Shown: positions 45,012-54,656 of the stretch, piece after piece
Layout: every line of letters begins with the position of its first letter
Numbering within the stretch: the first letter of the stretch is position 1
From: an uncultured virus (IMG/VR IMGVR_UViG_3300009155_000050)
Taxonomy: Duplodnaviria > Heunggongvirae > Uroviricota > Caudoviricetes
IMG/VR virus record: IMGVR_UViG_3300009155_000050
Span: 1-64,000 of that record
Length of the DNA stretch: 64,000 nt
Strand: one strand, 5' to 3'
Made by a program: the position numbers and the translations under genes
The notes under the pieces: generated by a model
Told to the model about the DNA's origin: nothing
Databases searched by the model: none
Seen by the model: only the letters and a program-made list of their open reading frames with translations

Positions 45012-46826
45012 ATGGATTTTAAATCTTCTTTATCGGCATCTTTGGCTCGGCTGATAGCTGAAAGCGCTGCAGCATTTAAGCTGATCCTTTCTGAAGCAGA
45101 CAGTAAGACTGCGCCTTGGATAGATCCCTACGCAGCTGGTTATAATCGTGGCTATGCAGAAGACATATTGCATAATACGATCAATCCGCTCGATAGCAAG
45201 GCGCATTATACAAAAGAATGGCGCAGCAAGAATTTTACCCCACCGCCGGACTTTGCTCCCGGCGGGCCAGCGCCGCAATTCACGCCTGAGCAATTCATCA
45301 TCGCGGTAGCGGGAGACCCCACCGTAGCTATCACTGGGCAGACACGTAGTGATACCGAAAAGGGACGATCACCACGCAATCCTGGCTCATACGGATCGGC
45401 GCCAGTTTATCGCATAGCGAAAAAGCTAGCTGGCAAAGGAAGCCGTTCTGGGTCTTGGGAAGACTATTATTCGCTTGGCCTAACAGCTCTAAGTCAAATG
45501 ATTCGGCCAGGTGTAGACAGAGGCGAACCACCATTCATCAAACGGCTCATGGTAGACGTAAAGCACGCAATGCTTAACGGCTTAGGCGGCACAGCCGAGA
45601 CTATGGCTGCATCAGGAAAGTCATCGCAACTACACAAAAACCACCCTTTATATGGAATAAAGGGCCTGCAATCGATCATTGACAATCCTACCGCAGAGCA
45701 AGCGCTAAAGGTAGCAGCACAAGTCAAGCCCCCATTCGACGTTGAATCGCGCAGTGACAAAAACATAGATAACCCATTTGGCTGGTACAGCACCGACATC
45801 GTCAAAGCCTGTAAAGAGTTTGCCGCTATAGCATCCTCAGGAGACGAGGAAGCTACCAAAAAGGCACTGCAGGGGATAATAGCACTACAAGAACGCATTG
45901 ACTTCTTTAATCAGGCGTCATCTAAGGGTGCTTCCACCGGTATGCTTAGTACAATCGACACGCCGGACCGCGTAACCCAGATTAAAACGACCAGCCTCGA
46001 TAAGCCCAAGGAAGGCCCCGAAGGTGGTGTCACCTCAGCCGCAGGGTCGGTTCCAGACCGTATGACTCAAGAAGCTGATCGCTTAGATCCTGGTATGATC
46101 AGCGACATGATAGAGTTAATGCTGTACGGCTACGCAGACATGATAAAAGACACGCCATATCTAGCTAAACTTACTGAGCTTGGCCTACCGACTGGCGGTC
46201 AATCGACCTACGACACCACCAAGGTGAAGGAGACCGAATACCGGATGCTCCTCCGGATCTTAGGTGAAGCCGCTGCTAGTTACCCTGGCAAAGGCACAGA
46301 AAGATCTAATATCCAAATACCACGTGGTAATCCGGGCTGGTACGTCGCTGGGACGGAAGACCCTGAGTTAGAACCAAGCAAAGAAGGCCCACCATACAAA
46401 TCGCCTTGGCTGCGTAGCGGAATGCCAGTCTTATCACTTGATGGCATCCGTCGCAGTTTCGAGACGGAAGAGGAAGAATTAACAGAACTGGCTAAAGAAG
46501 GAAAAGTAGCACCACCAGGCAAGCTAACTTACAGCAATAAACTGAGCCGAGACAGATACAACGAGGTACTTGGAAAATTAAAAGCCGTCGCTTTGATCTT
46601 GCGTAACGAAGCGTCCGAAGGCGGCACGAAACGCAAGGCCAAAACAGAGCAAGAAAAGGCATTGCAACAGCAGCAGAGCGCTTACAATTTCTTTAACGAA
46701 TGGGATGCGATCGACCGTGCGATCATTGTAGAATCATTAGATAAGCTCTTGCGTTCAATCGACACCCGCATTACAATGAGTGTCCTCGCTGAAAGTAAGC
46801 TGCTGCGTAATTTCATTAGAGGGTAA
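45012..46826 (+). CDS. highly diverged sigma70-family factor with terminal propeptides (putative virion-packaged sigma)
   Basis: aa132-188 align to sigma region 2; aa326-349 to region 3.2 (SLDKP); aa405-418 and 472-524 to region 4; IAE/LSE and IVE/LAE sites at the termini. Confidence 0.6.
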   Translation: MDFKSSLSASLARLIAESAAAFKLILSEADSKTAPWIDPYAAGYNRGYAEDILHNTINPLDSKAHYTKEWRSKNFTPPPDFAPGGPAPQFTPEQFIIAVAGDPTVAITGQTRSDTEKGRSPRNPGSYGSAPVYRIAKKLAGKGSRSGSWEDYYSLGLTALSQMIRPGVDRGEPPFIKRLMVDVKHAMLNGLGGTAETMAASGKSSQLHKNHPLYGIKGLQSIIDNPTAEQALKVAAQVKPPFDVESRSDKNIDNPFGWYSTDIVKACKEFAAIASSGDEEATKKALQGIIALQERIDFFNQASSKGASTGMLSTIDTPDRVTQIKTTSLDKPKEGPEGGVTSAAGSVPDRMTQEADRLDPGMISDMIELMLYGYADMIKDTPYLAKLTELGLPTGGQSTYDTTKVKETEYRMLLRILGEAAASYPGKGTERSNIQIPRGNPGWYVAGTEDPELEPSKEGPPYKSPWLRSGMPVLSLDGIRRSFETEEEELTELAKEGKVAPPGKLTYSNKLSRDRYNEVLGKLKAVALILRNEASEGGTKRKAKTEQEKALQQQQSAYNFFNEWDAIDRAIIVESLDKLLRSIDTRITMSVLAESKLLRNFIRG

Positions 46827-47133
46827 TGACATAGGAATGGTTAGATTTTAACGGTAAAGCGCCAATAATGCCTGAAGGTGGCACGACCCTCTTAAAGATC
46901 ATCCGGCCCTGTTCGTATATCCTTAACACGAACCCGTGAGCGGGCACTCCATTGAAACTAAATTCACCGATGAATTGATGGCCTTTCAGGCCTTTCGAGA
47001 AGGGACTTACGGGTTCATGTTCTAAAGGGTCAGTTAGTAGTGCTCGTCTTATTTTGACCTTGATGTTTTCTTCGGTAGCAGAGACCTTGTGCGTGCCTCT
47101 GCTAACCGCCAATCTCCGAGTAAACTTAGCCAA
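46816..47133 (-). CDS. hypothetical protein
   Basis: AAATCTA-N4-TTG start. Confidence 0.55.
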   Translation of the reverse strand: MAKFTRRLAVSRGTHKVSATEENIKVKIRRALLTDPLEHEPVSPFSKGLKGHQFIGEFSFNGVPAHGFVLRIYEQGRMIFKRVVPPSGIIGALPLKSNHSYVITL

Positions 47134-49747
47134 GATTTAGATTTCCGTAGATGTATTCGTTGAACAATTGCACTTGTCCCTTGATATCGATATCCCTAAT
47201 CACGGCTCCGGGGAAGCATCGAATACCGTATTTACCTTCCATTTCCTTTTGATAATAAGCAGGGCTTGCACTCGTGAGAGCACTGAAGTCTTTCATCAGA
47301 TAGTATGGCTGAGTGATTTGGAACGTAGGTGGATTTTGTTGAGCGTTAGTCTCATTAGCATTTGGTGGGATTAAGAGGTCGTTCCACCAAATCCAGACTT
47401 GCTCACTTTTAACCATAATCGTCAGTTCGTTCCAATACTCTTTACCATCGCTACTTCCAAAACTACCGCCTTCAACGATGAAGAATGAGCTTACGCTGCT
47501 TGGTGGTTTGGTGCCAGTACCAAAGTACAAGCCATTCTGCTGGTAGATCGCACTACTGATCGGACCACCGTAAGTGCCTGTATCATTCAGGCCCCTGATA
47601 ATGTCACTAGCTTGGGGTTCCGTTGCCTCTACAGGGTAAGTGTTATAATTGTAAGGTTTGGTCATATCAAGCATACCGACTGTAAATTGCAAAGTGGTGA
47701 TCGGTTGCCCATCGACGACTTGATAATTCCAGATGGTCCTTGCGACTGGATTTGAGTAATCCTGTTGGATGAATCTGACGATGTCACCCGCTTGACCAAC
47801 GTATGGTTCAGCGCCGGTGTACGTGTTCAGCAGTACGGTACCCATGACCAGATCCTTGACGGTGCCAGTTCCAGTCCCACCTGCAAAGATCGTCTTGCGG
47901 TTAAATTGGAAAGTCTTACCAGCCGTCGCAGAGCTGGTGCTGATTATTTCTATAGTTCCGAACTTGGGAATATCGTGGAACGCAACACCAGATATTTGGA
48001 TGAACGGATATCCATCGAAAGTACCAATGGCTTCGACCTGGCCATAAGCTTCCATCTCTTCATCAATCTTAGCCTTCAATAGCACGTCGAAGTAGTTTCT
48101 GCCTATGACCGGGCCAAAGTATGAACTCAAACCACCAATGGTCCCAGGAGACCCTGGCCGCCCCATTCTGATACGTATCAAACCATCTTTAAGGCTTGAC
48201 CGACTCCAAATCATAGTGGGCTGCTGGTAGTTTCCGAAAGGCGCTGTGCCAGCTGACGTGTGCGCGTTTGGATAAACCAATAATGCTGGTCTTGTCGTGT
48301 CGATGTAAGCGCCGTTGAGGTCGCTAGCCTGCACAGGTCCGGTTCCAGTTACTCCATTTGCGGTGATTGGGATGATTGGTACGTCGTAATTGGTTATACC
48401 CCAGCGGCTCAATTCTATGTTACGACCGTCATCGTAAATGGTAGCAGGCTGAACGTCAGTCGTCATCGGAAAGCCATCGACACTGTGTGCTATTTCATTT
48501 TGGATGTCACGTGCTACGACGGTGTCGCCGAAGCTTACGTGGTCGATCGTGGACCAGATTTGATTCGGGTTAATACTTGGCCGTTGATTAAAGAAATATC
48601 GGTAGTTAACCACGCCGTTCACTTCACCGACTTGAAATGCCCAGATATCGGTTAACGTTCCAATTGGCAAGATATCGATTGTATAGTCAAGCATCAACGC
48701 CTGAGCGCTGGTACCAGTGCTGACGCTGCCGGGATTTTTGTACATCCAAACGTTAGTGGCTGTATAAGAATCGCCAATGGGTTTTTGATTTAGGATATCC
48801 CATTGGCGCCATTGATAGATGTTACTGGTCAGGATTGATGAATCATATCCTGTAACCACTCCCATCTTCTTTGTAATTAGATTGCCTTTGTACAACAGCA
48901 TGCCGAGGGCATTAGAGTCAGAATCTGGTTTAAATTGGAAGCTGGTTTGCTTGCCGTCGGCATCCAAGCCAGTAAACCAGATGCATTCGGCTACTCCACC
49001 TACCGCTCCGGGGGTGAAAGCCCACCCAGTCTCCATTACGAGCTTATTTAATGAGCTGCGCTTAAGGGTCAATTCGAATTCAGCCGACCCAGGTGATAAT
49101 GTATCATCATAGCGTTTAAAGATCAATGATGGATAATTGCCTTTTAGATTTAACTTGGCCGACGGGTTATTTGGATCAACTATCGTGCTCTGCGGAAAGA
49201 CGTAGACCTTTAACTCGCCATAGGAGTTAACACCAGGCAATTTGCCTGAGCAAACGGGAGGGCGGACACTTGCGGTGTCTGTATCATCTTGCACCCAGAA
49301 AATCTGGTTACATGATTCGCATGAGCATGTAAGCGGGACTGGGCTATCGACAGTAAAGCGGACAACGTTGCCGATACGTTCGAGGCTGATAAATTCCGTG
49401 CCTGCAGCCAAAATGATATCGCCTTGGAGCCAACCGCCATCGTCTGGGAATCCGGCACCTTGAAAACCTAGTACGCCGATTCTGGTCTGCAACAACGCAT
49501 CGAGCTTACATTTGTCGTTAGCTGACAGTAACCCTGGCGTGTCGCACGTTGCTCCAGGGATCGGGTCTTCGCTGATGTGCGTCGTGCCGTGTAGAAACGT
49601 AGCCGCTTGCGCATCCTTGAACCACAGCGCTCGGCTTTGAGCGTCGAATAGGTAATCAGTAGCCAGACCATCTGGGCCTGATATTGCTACAGTCGACGCA
49701 TCCGTAAGTTGTGTGTAGGGAGGAATCCGAGTATAAGCTGTGGCCAT
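47126..49747 (-). CDS. tail-fibre/virion structural protein
   Basis: H..TH..D.IP.AT..TPGLLSANDK.KLD motif common in tail fibres; beta-rich, G/T/S-rich; AAGGAG RBS. Confidence 0.65.
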   Translation of the reverse strand: MATAYTRIPPYTQLTDASTVAISGPDGLATDYLFDAQSRALWFKDAQAATFLHGTTHISEDPIPGATCDTPGLLSANDKCKLDALLQTRIGVLGFQGAGFPDDGGWLQGDIILAAGTEFISLERIGNVVRFTVDSPVPLTCSCESCNQIFWVQDDTDTASVRPPVCSGKLPGVNSYGELKVYVFPQSTIVDPNNPSAKLNLKGNYPSLIFKRYDDTLSPGSAEFELTLKRSSLNKLVMETGWAFTPGAVGGVAECIWFTGLDADGKQTSFQFKPDSDSNALGMLLYKGNLITKKMGVVTGYDSSILTSNIYQWRQWDILNQKPIGDSYTATNVWMYKNPGSVSTGTSAQALMLDYTIDILPIGTLTDIWAFQVGEVNGVVNYRYFFNQRPSINPNQIWSTIDHVSFGDTVVARDIQNEIAHSVDGFPMTTDVQPATIYDDGRNIELSRWGITNYDVPIIPITANGVTGTGPVQASDLNGAYIDTTRPALLVYPNAHTSAGTAPFGNYQQPTMIWSRSSLKDGLIRIRMGRPGSPGTIGGLSSYFGPVIGRNYFDVLLKAKIDEEMEAYGQVEAIGTFDGYPFIQISGVAFHDIPKFGTIEIISTSSATAGKTFQFNRKTIFAGGTGTGTVKDLVMGTVLLNTYTGAEPYVGQAGDIVRFIQQDYSNPVARTIWNYQVVDGQPITTLQFTVGMLDMTKPYNYNTYPVEATEPQASDIIRGLNDTGTYGGPISSAIYQQNGLYFGTGTKPPSSVSSFFIVEGGSFGSSDGKEYWNELTIMVKSEQVWIWWNDLLIPPNANETNAQQNPPTFQITQPYYLMKDFSALTSASPAYYQKEMEGKYGIRCFPGAVIRDIDIKGQVQLFNEYIYGNLNLG

Positions 49748-49763
49748 TATAATCTCCTTCTCT

Positions 49764-51440
49764 TTAGCTTTGCCGGGGTGGGAATTCACTGGGCCATGTC
49801 TCTGATGCGCCTCTAATCGAGGCCATCGTCTCATCCTTTTTCAACAATAGCAAATAATACGGAGGTTTTCTAGATTTGAACCTATTGATTAACGAGAAGA
49901 CACGCTCAGGCTTGTACAAATTAATAGTGTCACCAATATGCCAAGCACTAGCATATATTAAAATCCTATCTGCCTTACTGAAGAATCCCTCTAACATCCA
50001 AGGCTTCACTTTATATGTCTTAGACAGGCAAACCAGAAGGTCATACTTGCGATACGGATCCTCTCTGTAGGCGTAGATACCGATGGATTTTAAACGTTTT
50101 ATATTGTCATCGCTTATCACTCTGCTATGATAGTGCACATTAGCCATATGTGCTGAGATAGCATTTAAGCCTTTATTAGGCCAAAGATCTACCATGGTCT
50201 CCGGTTTTATCTCTTCTAAAATGAATCTTAAAAGGGACGGCTCTGGAAGTAGATCCGGGTGTCTGCTATTTCGTCGGTGTTGACATACCTGATTTAGCAT
50301 ATCGAAAGTGGTGGGATTTTGAATTTTATCGAAATAACGATGCGGAGCCCAGCGCAAAAACTTCGGCATGCTATACCATTTATTAACATATTCAGATAAA
50401 CCCCAACAATGGAAAGCAATGCGTCTACCCTTCTGTTTCTTGTTACCCTGCATGCTATGGAAAAACCATTTCCCATTTCTGGTGATCAATGAGCGTTTAG
50501 TATCATAGCATTGTTGTAAATCGGCTAGTAGATCAGATTTATCGAAATCGAATCTTCCGTTTTGTGCTTTGAACATGTCAAAGAATTGCATTCGGACCGC
50601 TATCCTATGCAAGGGATGGGCTGAGAAATCCATCGTGGCTTTAAGATATGCGGGATTAGCCTGCTCTTGCGTTAGATCGCCTTCTTTGCACGAGACAAAG
50701 ATTCGATCCCAGTCGGTTATAGCTGGTTTTTGCCATAGCGTGATCTGCAGACCATCTGTGACCTTGTTTACGAAATGCAATGTTATAAAATACCGTTTCC
50801 TCAAATTAGCGTAAAGCATGATGAACTTTTGGTCATGCCAAATTACCGACAGCCACTGACAGTTGCGGATTTGCCTGAAGGTCGAGACATAATGCTCGTG
50901 AAATCTCTGGTGTTTGCTGATCCCTATGTGTCGGATAGGCACTCTATGCTTCGTTAGCCAATTCATAATGGTACCATATGCTACTCCAGCTCTCTTGGCT
51001 AAGCGAGCTACGTTTAATCTCTTTACCCAATAATAAAAAAATAACCATTGTCTGTTATTATAGGGGCTAACCGGTACAACTGGTTTCGATATTCGGAATT
51101 TTGTTAAGTAATCTGTTATCCTCTTACTTGATATGCCGAAGTGCCTGGCAAGATCTCGCACGGAGTGCTTGGCGTAGGCGTCACGTAACCAGACAGGGTC
51201 ACTGTAATGGCCATCTGGTGGGATACATGGTAGCGGGTTACCCGTTGGTTTAAAATTCGATACCCCTTTCGGCTTGCCTGCTGTCCTAATCCTACGTCTA
51301 TAGGCTTCTAGAGAAATCCCTAGAATATAAGCTTGTTCTGATTGCGATATATGCTTATTTTTTAGGGCCCATTGCAAGAGATCTTTACCGAATTTGTTAA
51401 CTGGCGGACGCATCGATTGCACATTTCCTAAAAATGTCAC
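49764..51440 (-). CDS. multi-HTH protein with degenerate methyltransferase-like C-terminus
   Basis: HTH repeats (SVRDLARHFGIS; NVARLAKRAGVAYGTI); C-terminal MVDLWPNKG...YDLLVC Rossmann-like. Confidence 0.45.
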   Translation of the reverse strand: MTFLGNVQSMRPPVNKFGKDLLQWALKNKHISQSEQAYILGISLEAYRRRIRTAGKPKGVSNFKPTGNPLPCIPPDGHYSDPVWLRDAYAKHSVRDLARHFGISSKRITDYLTKFRISKPVVPVSPYNNRQWLFFYYWVKRLNVARLAKRAGVAYGTIMNWLTKHRVPIRHIGISKHQRFHEHYVSTFRQIRNCQWLSVIWHDQKFIMLYANLRKRYFITLHFVNKVTDGLQITLWQKPAITDWDRIFVSCKEGDLTQEQANPAYLKATMDFSAHPLHRIAVRMQFFDMFKAQNGRFDFDKSDLLADLQQCYDTKRSLITRNGKWFFHSMQGNKKQKGRRIAFHCWGLSEYVNKWYSMPKFLRWAPHRYFDKIQNPTTFDMLNQVCQHRRNSRHPDLLPEPSLLRFILEEIKPETMVDLWPNKGLNAISAHMANVHYHSRVISDDNIKRLKSIGIYAYREDPYRKYDLLVCLSKTYKVKPWMLEGFFSKADRILIYASAWHIGDTINLYKPERVFSLINRFKSRKPPYYLLLLKKDETMASIRGASETWPSEFPPRQS

Positions 51441-51678
51441 TTAGCTGTAACAGCGTGTCTTTCACATCATGTTCCGGACTTGCCATTTGTTCAAGTGAGT
51501 TAATCACGGCTTCTATAGTAGACTTGACTTCCGGTGTAGCAGCTGCTGCAGACTTTATAAGATTATCTACTACCTCGCCCAATGTATCTTCGAAATCAGA
51601 TAGAAACAATTCTTGCGTGTCTAGTTCTTCCAAGATAGTCTGCAATGCTTGCATTGGTGTAGACATGGTCGGCTCCAT
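51397..51678 (-). CDS. small acidic helical protein
   Basis: ORF; AAAGATA box upstream. Confidence 0.6.
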   Translation of the reverse strand: MEPTMSTPMQALQTILEELDTQELFLSDFEDTLGEVVDNLIKSAAAATPEVKSTIEAVINSLEQMASPEHDVKDTLLQLSDIFRKCAIDASAS

Positions 51679-51773
51679 CTTAATCAGACGTTCAATAAAA
51701 GTATCTTTTAATTAAAAGATAGATAATTGATTGATGCCTAGTGAAGATACCTTAACACTTAAGGAGAGATGCG

Positions 51774-52190
51774 ATGCCTGATCCAGATATCACAACGACT
51801 ACCACGGAAGCGCCTGTAACACCTGATGTCACCACCACCACGATTGCTCCAAGCATCCCTGAGCCAGTATTTCCAGAAGTTCCAGCGACCGACCCTACGG
51901 TGGTCCCACCTGTGCCTGGTGCAACCTACGACCAATGGTTCCTACTCGGGTGCAACATCCTATCTGATGATGGATCGAATTTCAGCTCAGAAAGCTTCTG
52001 GATAAAAGGCAACGCTACTGAATTATCTACGATAAAGACCAATAACATTCTGCGCAATATCACATCTGTTGAAGCCTTAGCTACTCAGTTGGGGCAAGAA
52101 TGGCTTGATGCAAACCCAGATGTTATAGAAATAATGCCACAGTTTCTGACGGTTTTAGCGAAGATAGCTAAAAGGCAAGGTGTATTGTAA
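51774..52190 (+). CDS. hypothetical protein with Pro/Thr-rich N-terminus
   Basis: AAGGAG RBS. Confidence 0.65.
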   Translation: MPDPDITTTTTEAPVTPDVTTTTIAPSIPEPVFPEVPATDPTVVPPVPGATYDQWFLLGCNILSDDGSNFSSESFWIKGNATELSTIKTNNILRNITSVEALATQLGQEWLDANPDVIEIMPQFLTVLAKIAKRQGVL

Positions 52191-52220
52191 CCATCGAGCC
52201 TAGCGAACGTACGATAAAAT

Positions 52221-53084
52221 ATGGACGTGCTAACAATAGGCTTGCCAGTTTATGATGATTACGATGGCGCTTATTTCACTGTACAAGCGCTTAGGATGTA
52301 TCACGGCAATGCCTTCAAAATCATCGTGATCGACACCCAACCTAGCGGACAGCATGCCTTACGAGACCTGTGTACATCAGCTCAAGCCGCCTATTACCAC
52401 GAGCCACATGGGATCGGGCCAGCATATGGAAAGCAGAAGGTCTTCGAGCATAGTACCACGCCATTTACCATGTGCATCGATTGTCATGTGCTTCTCCCTT
52501 CAGATTCTATAAAGAAACTATCCAAGTTCCTGCTTGATAATTGGAATTCGAATGATCTGTACCAAGGTCCTCTCGTCTACGATGATATGATCAACGTAAG
52601 TACCCATTTCGATCCCGTTTGGTCAGGTGATATGTTCGGTACTTGGGGCACAAACCCGCAGCACGCTAGCGGCGATCCATTCGAAATACCTATGCAAGGT
52701 TGTGGTTTGCTCCTGATGCGAACTAAATCTTGGCCCGGCTTTAACTACAATTTTCGAGGTTTTGGCGGTGAAGAGGGTTATATCCAAGAGAAAACGAGAC
52801 AGAAAGGCGGTAAAAACATCTGTTTACCATTTCTGAAATGGCTACATCGCTTTAACAGACCAAAAGGCATTCCATTTCGCTTAGTACTAGAAGACAGAAT
52901 ATTTAATTATATCGTCGGCCGTATCGAATTGGGGCTACCTTACGATGATGTGTTAGATCATTTCAAGACGAAAATCACGCAAGAGAAAATGGCCGAGTTG
53001 CTTGCGGAGGCTCAACAGGTTCAGGCACCAGGCATGCCAAGATCCTTTTCGCCTGGCTTATTGCCGGTACGCGCCAATGCTTGA
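52221..53084 (+). CDS. GT2-like glycosyltransferase
   Basis: LTIGLPVY, IIVIDT, CIDCHV, FRGFGGEEGY. Confidence 0.82.
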   Translation: MDVLTIGLPVYDDYDGAYFTVQALRMYHGNAFKIIVIDTQPSGQHALRDLCTSAQAAYYHEPHGIGPAYGKQKVFEHSTTPFTMCIDCHVLLPSDSIKKLSKFLLDNWNSNDLYQGPLVYDDMINVSTHFDPVWSGDMFGTWGTNPQHASGDPFEIPMQGCGLLLMRTKSWPGFNYNFRGFGGEEGYIQEKTRQKGGKNICLPFLKWLHRFNRPKGIPFRLVLEDRIFNYIVGRIELGLPYDDVLDHFKTKITQEKMAELLAEAQQVQAPGMPRSFSPGLLPVRANA

Positions 53085-53917
53085 TCGATCTTTTGATTTA
53101 TTACCGGCTGTACCGGTTTCTCCTCGCTAACTTCATCAAGATCTTGCTCAGGCGTATCTGTTGCTTCAATTTCTTCGGGTTCTTCAAATGGCACAGGATC
53201 CTGTAATTCTGGTGTCGGTTCCGCCAATTCTACTGTCTCGGGCGCTTGCATCACGTCCAGTTCGGTGTCCGGCTTCGACAGTTCATCTGCTTCAGGTGGT
53301 GTCTCTTGCTGCATCGACATTTGGCTGGTTAAGCGTGCGTCAGTAGCAGCTTGCTGCTCTTCTTGAGCCTTTTCTACTTCAGGGACCGGTACCTGAGAAT
53401 CGGAGTCGATATCTTTGATCGCTACGTCTAATTTATCATCGAATTCTTGCGGTGTCTGCACTGTTTTCTTCATCTCCTGATATGATTCAGGATCGATGTT
53501 ATCTAAATCTTCTATCTCTTGTTTTCTAGGCGTGCGACCGAGTGCCTTGTTAAACAGTGATTTTGCGAATTGCCCAATACGTTGCAAAACACCCATCGTG
53601 GGATAAATTACATCTTTCTCTAACCCCTTAATCTCGCTAGCTTTATATGTTCTGTATTTGTTAGTGAAAACGCTAGGGAACAATTGCCTACCGATGTGAT
53701 ATCGCTGATAGAGCGACTTACCGGCTGCGAATTTATCTAAGGCGGATCGAATTTGATTTATCTCTTTATCTGTGCAATAATTAAGATTAACGCCGCCGAC
53801 TAAAGTGTTACCAGTCCCAGGATTCTTATAACTACCAAGCAATAGAATATCTGGCCTAGGATCTGTCTTATACCTAGCGTACCTGAATTTCCATCTTGGG
53901 TATTCTAATGCGGCCAT
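53021..53917 (-). CDS. T4 gp2 (DNA end protector)-like N-terminal domain with acidic tail
   Basis: FRY..YKTDPRPDILLLG...GGVNLNY...YRTY resembles the gp2 D..P.I...GLNLHY...Y pattern. Confidence 0.45.
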   Translation of the reverse strand: MAALEYPRWKFRYARYKTDPRPDILLLGSYKNPGTGNTLVGGVNLNYCTDKEINQIRSALDKFAAGKSLYQRYHIGRQLFPSVFTNKYRTYKASEIKGLEKDVIYPTMGVLQRIGQFAKSLFNKALGRTPRKQEIEDLDNIDPESYQEMKKTVQTPQEFDDKLDVAIKDIDSDSQVPVPEVEKAQEEQQAATDARLTSQMSMQQETPPEADELSKPDTELDVMQAPETVELAEPTPELQDPVPFEEPEEIEATDTPEQDLDEVSEEKPVQPVINQKIDQALARTGNKPGEKDLGMPGA

Positions 53918-54633
53918 TATTTGCTATTACGCTTCTTTTTACCTAGACCCTTGGTCTTGCCGCTTTTTCGGTTAGCTCCTCTGGTCTTGGGCTTGCGGGT
54001 TAGCAGATCAGGAAACAAGCTTTCCACTCCTGTCTGAAGTACGCTTGCGAGCTTAGCTGCTACCTGGATGCTAGGATTACGACCACCCGGATCTGCAGAT
54101 CCCTTAGTCTCGCGTGGTCTGCGCATCAGTCGGCTTATGGTAGATCGATGGACCCCGCAAGCATCGCCTAGTTCTTCCTCTGACATGCCACTGTTCTGTT
54201 TAGCAGCATGCAGCGCTGTGCGATCGGCTTTCCTAGTCTTGCTAGTATAATCCTCACCTGAATCGTCGCCTTCAGCCAACACTTTTTCTACGCTATGATA
54301 ATTATTAATGAGGTCCTTGGTCCGGATCTCGAACGTGTCGGCAGGCCGATCGAAAGCCTCAGGATACCTACTGATATCCTCCGACCTAATCAATTGTGTG
54401 TTATCCTTATCGCTGGTCCAAATCAAATACTGACCAGAAGGCACAGATAATGCTTGGCTGCCGAATCTGGTAATATTGAGCAAGGCCCCTTCGACCAGCG
54501 TAGATTGTAGCTCAATGGCTGAAGCGAAGCTAGCCGCATGGTTGATAACAGGCAGCGTGAATTCGTAGCTCTCAGACAAAATCCTAGCCTGAGATGAAAC
54601 AACGCGGTCCAGCTTTTTACGAAATGTAGCCAT
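53917..54633 (-). CDS. XRE-family HTH protein with N-terminal pro-domain
   Basis: GMSEEELGDACGVHRSTISRLM...NPSIQVAAKLASVLQTGVESLF; LSE/LVE/LAE sites upstream. Confidence 0.8.
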   Translation of the reverse strand: MATFRKKLDRVVSSQARILSESYEFTLPVINHAASFASAIELQSTLVEGALLNITRFGSQALSVPSGQYLIWTSDKDNTQLIRSEDISRYPEAFDRPADTFEIRTKDLINNYHSVEKVLAEGDDSGEDYTSKTRKADRTALHAAKQNSGMSEEELGDACGVHRSTISRLMRRPRETKGSADPGGRNPSIQVAAKLASVLQTGVESLFPDLLTRKPKTRGANRKSGKTKGLGKKKRNSK

Positions 54634-54656
54634 TACTATCTCCTATTACTGTATAT

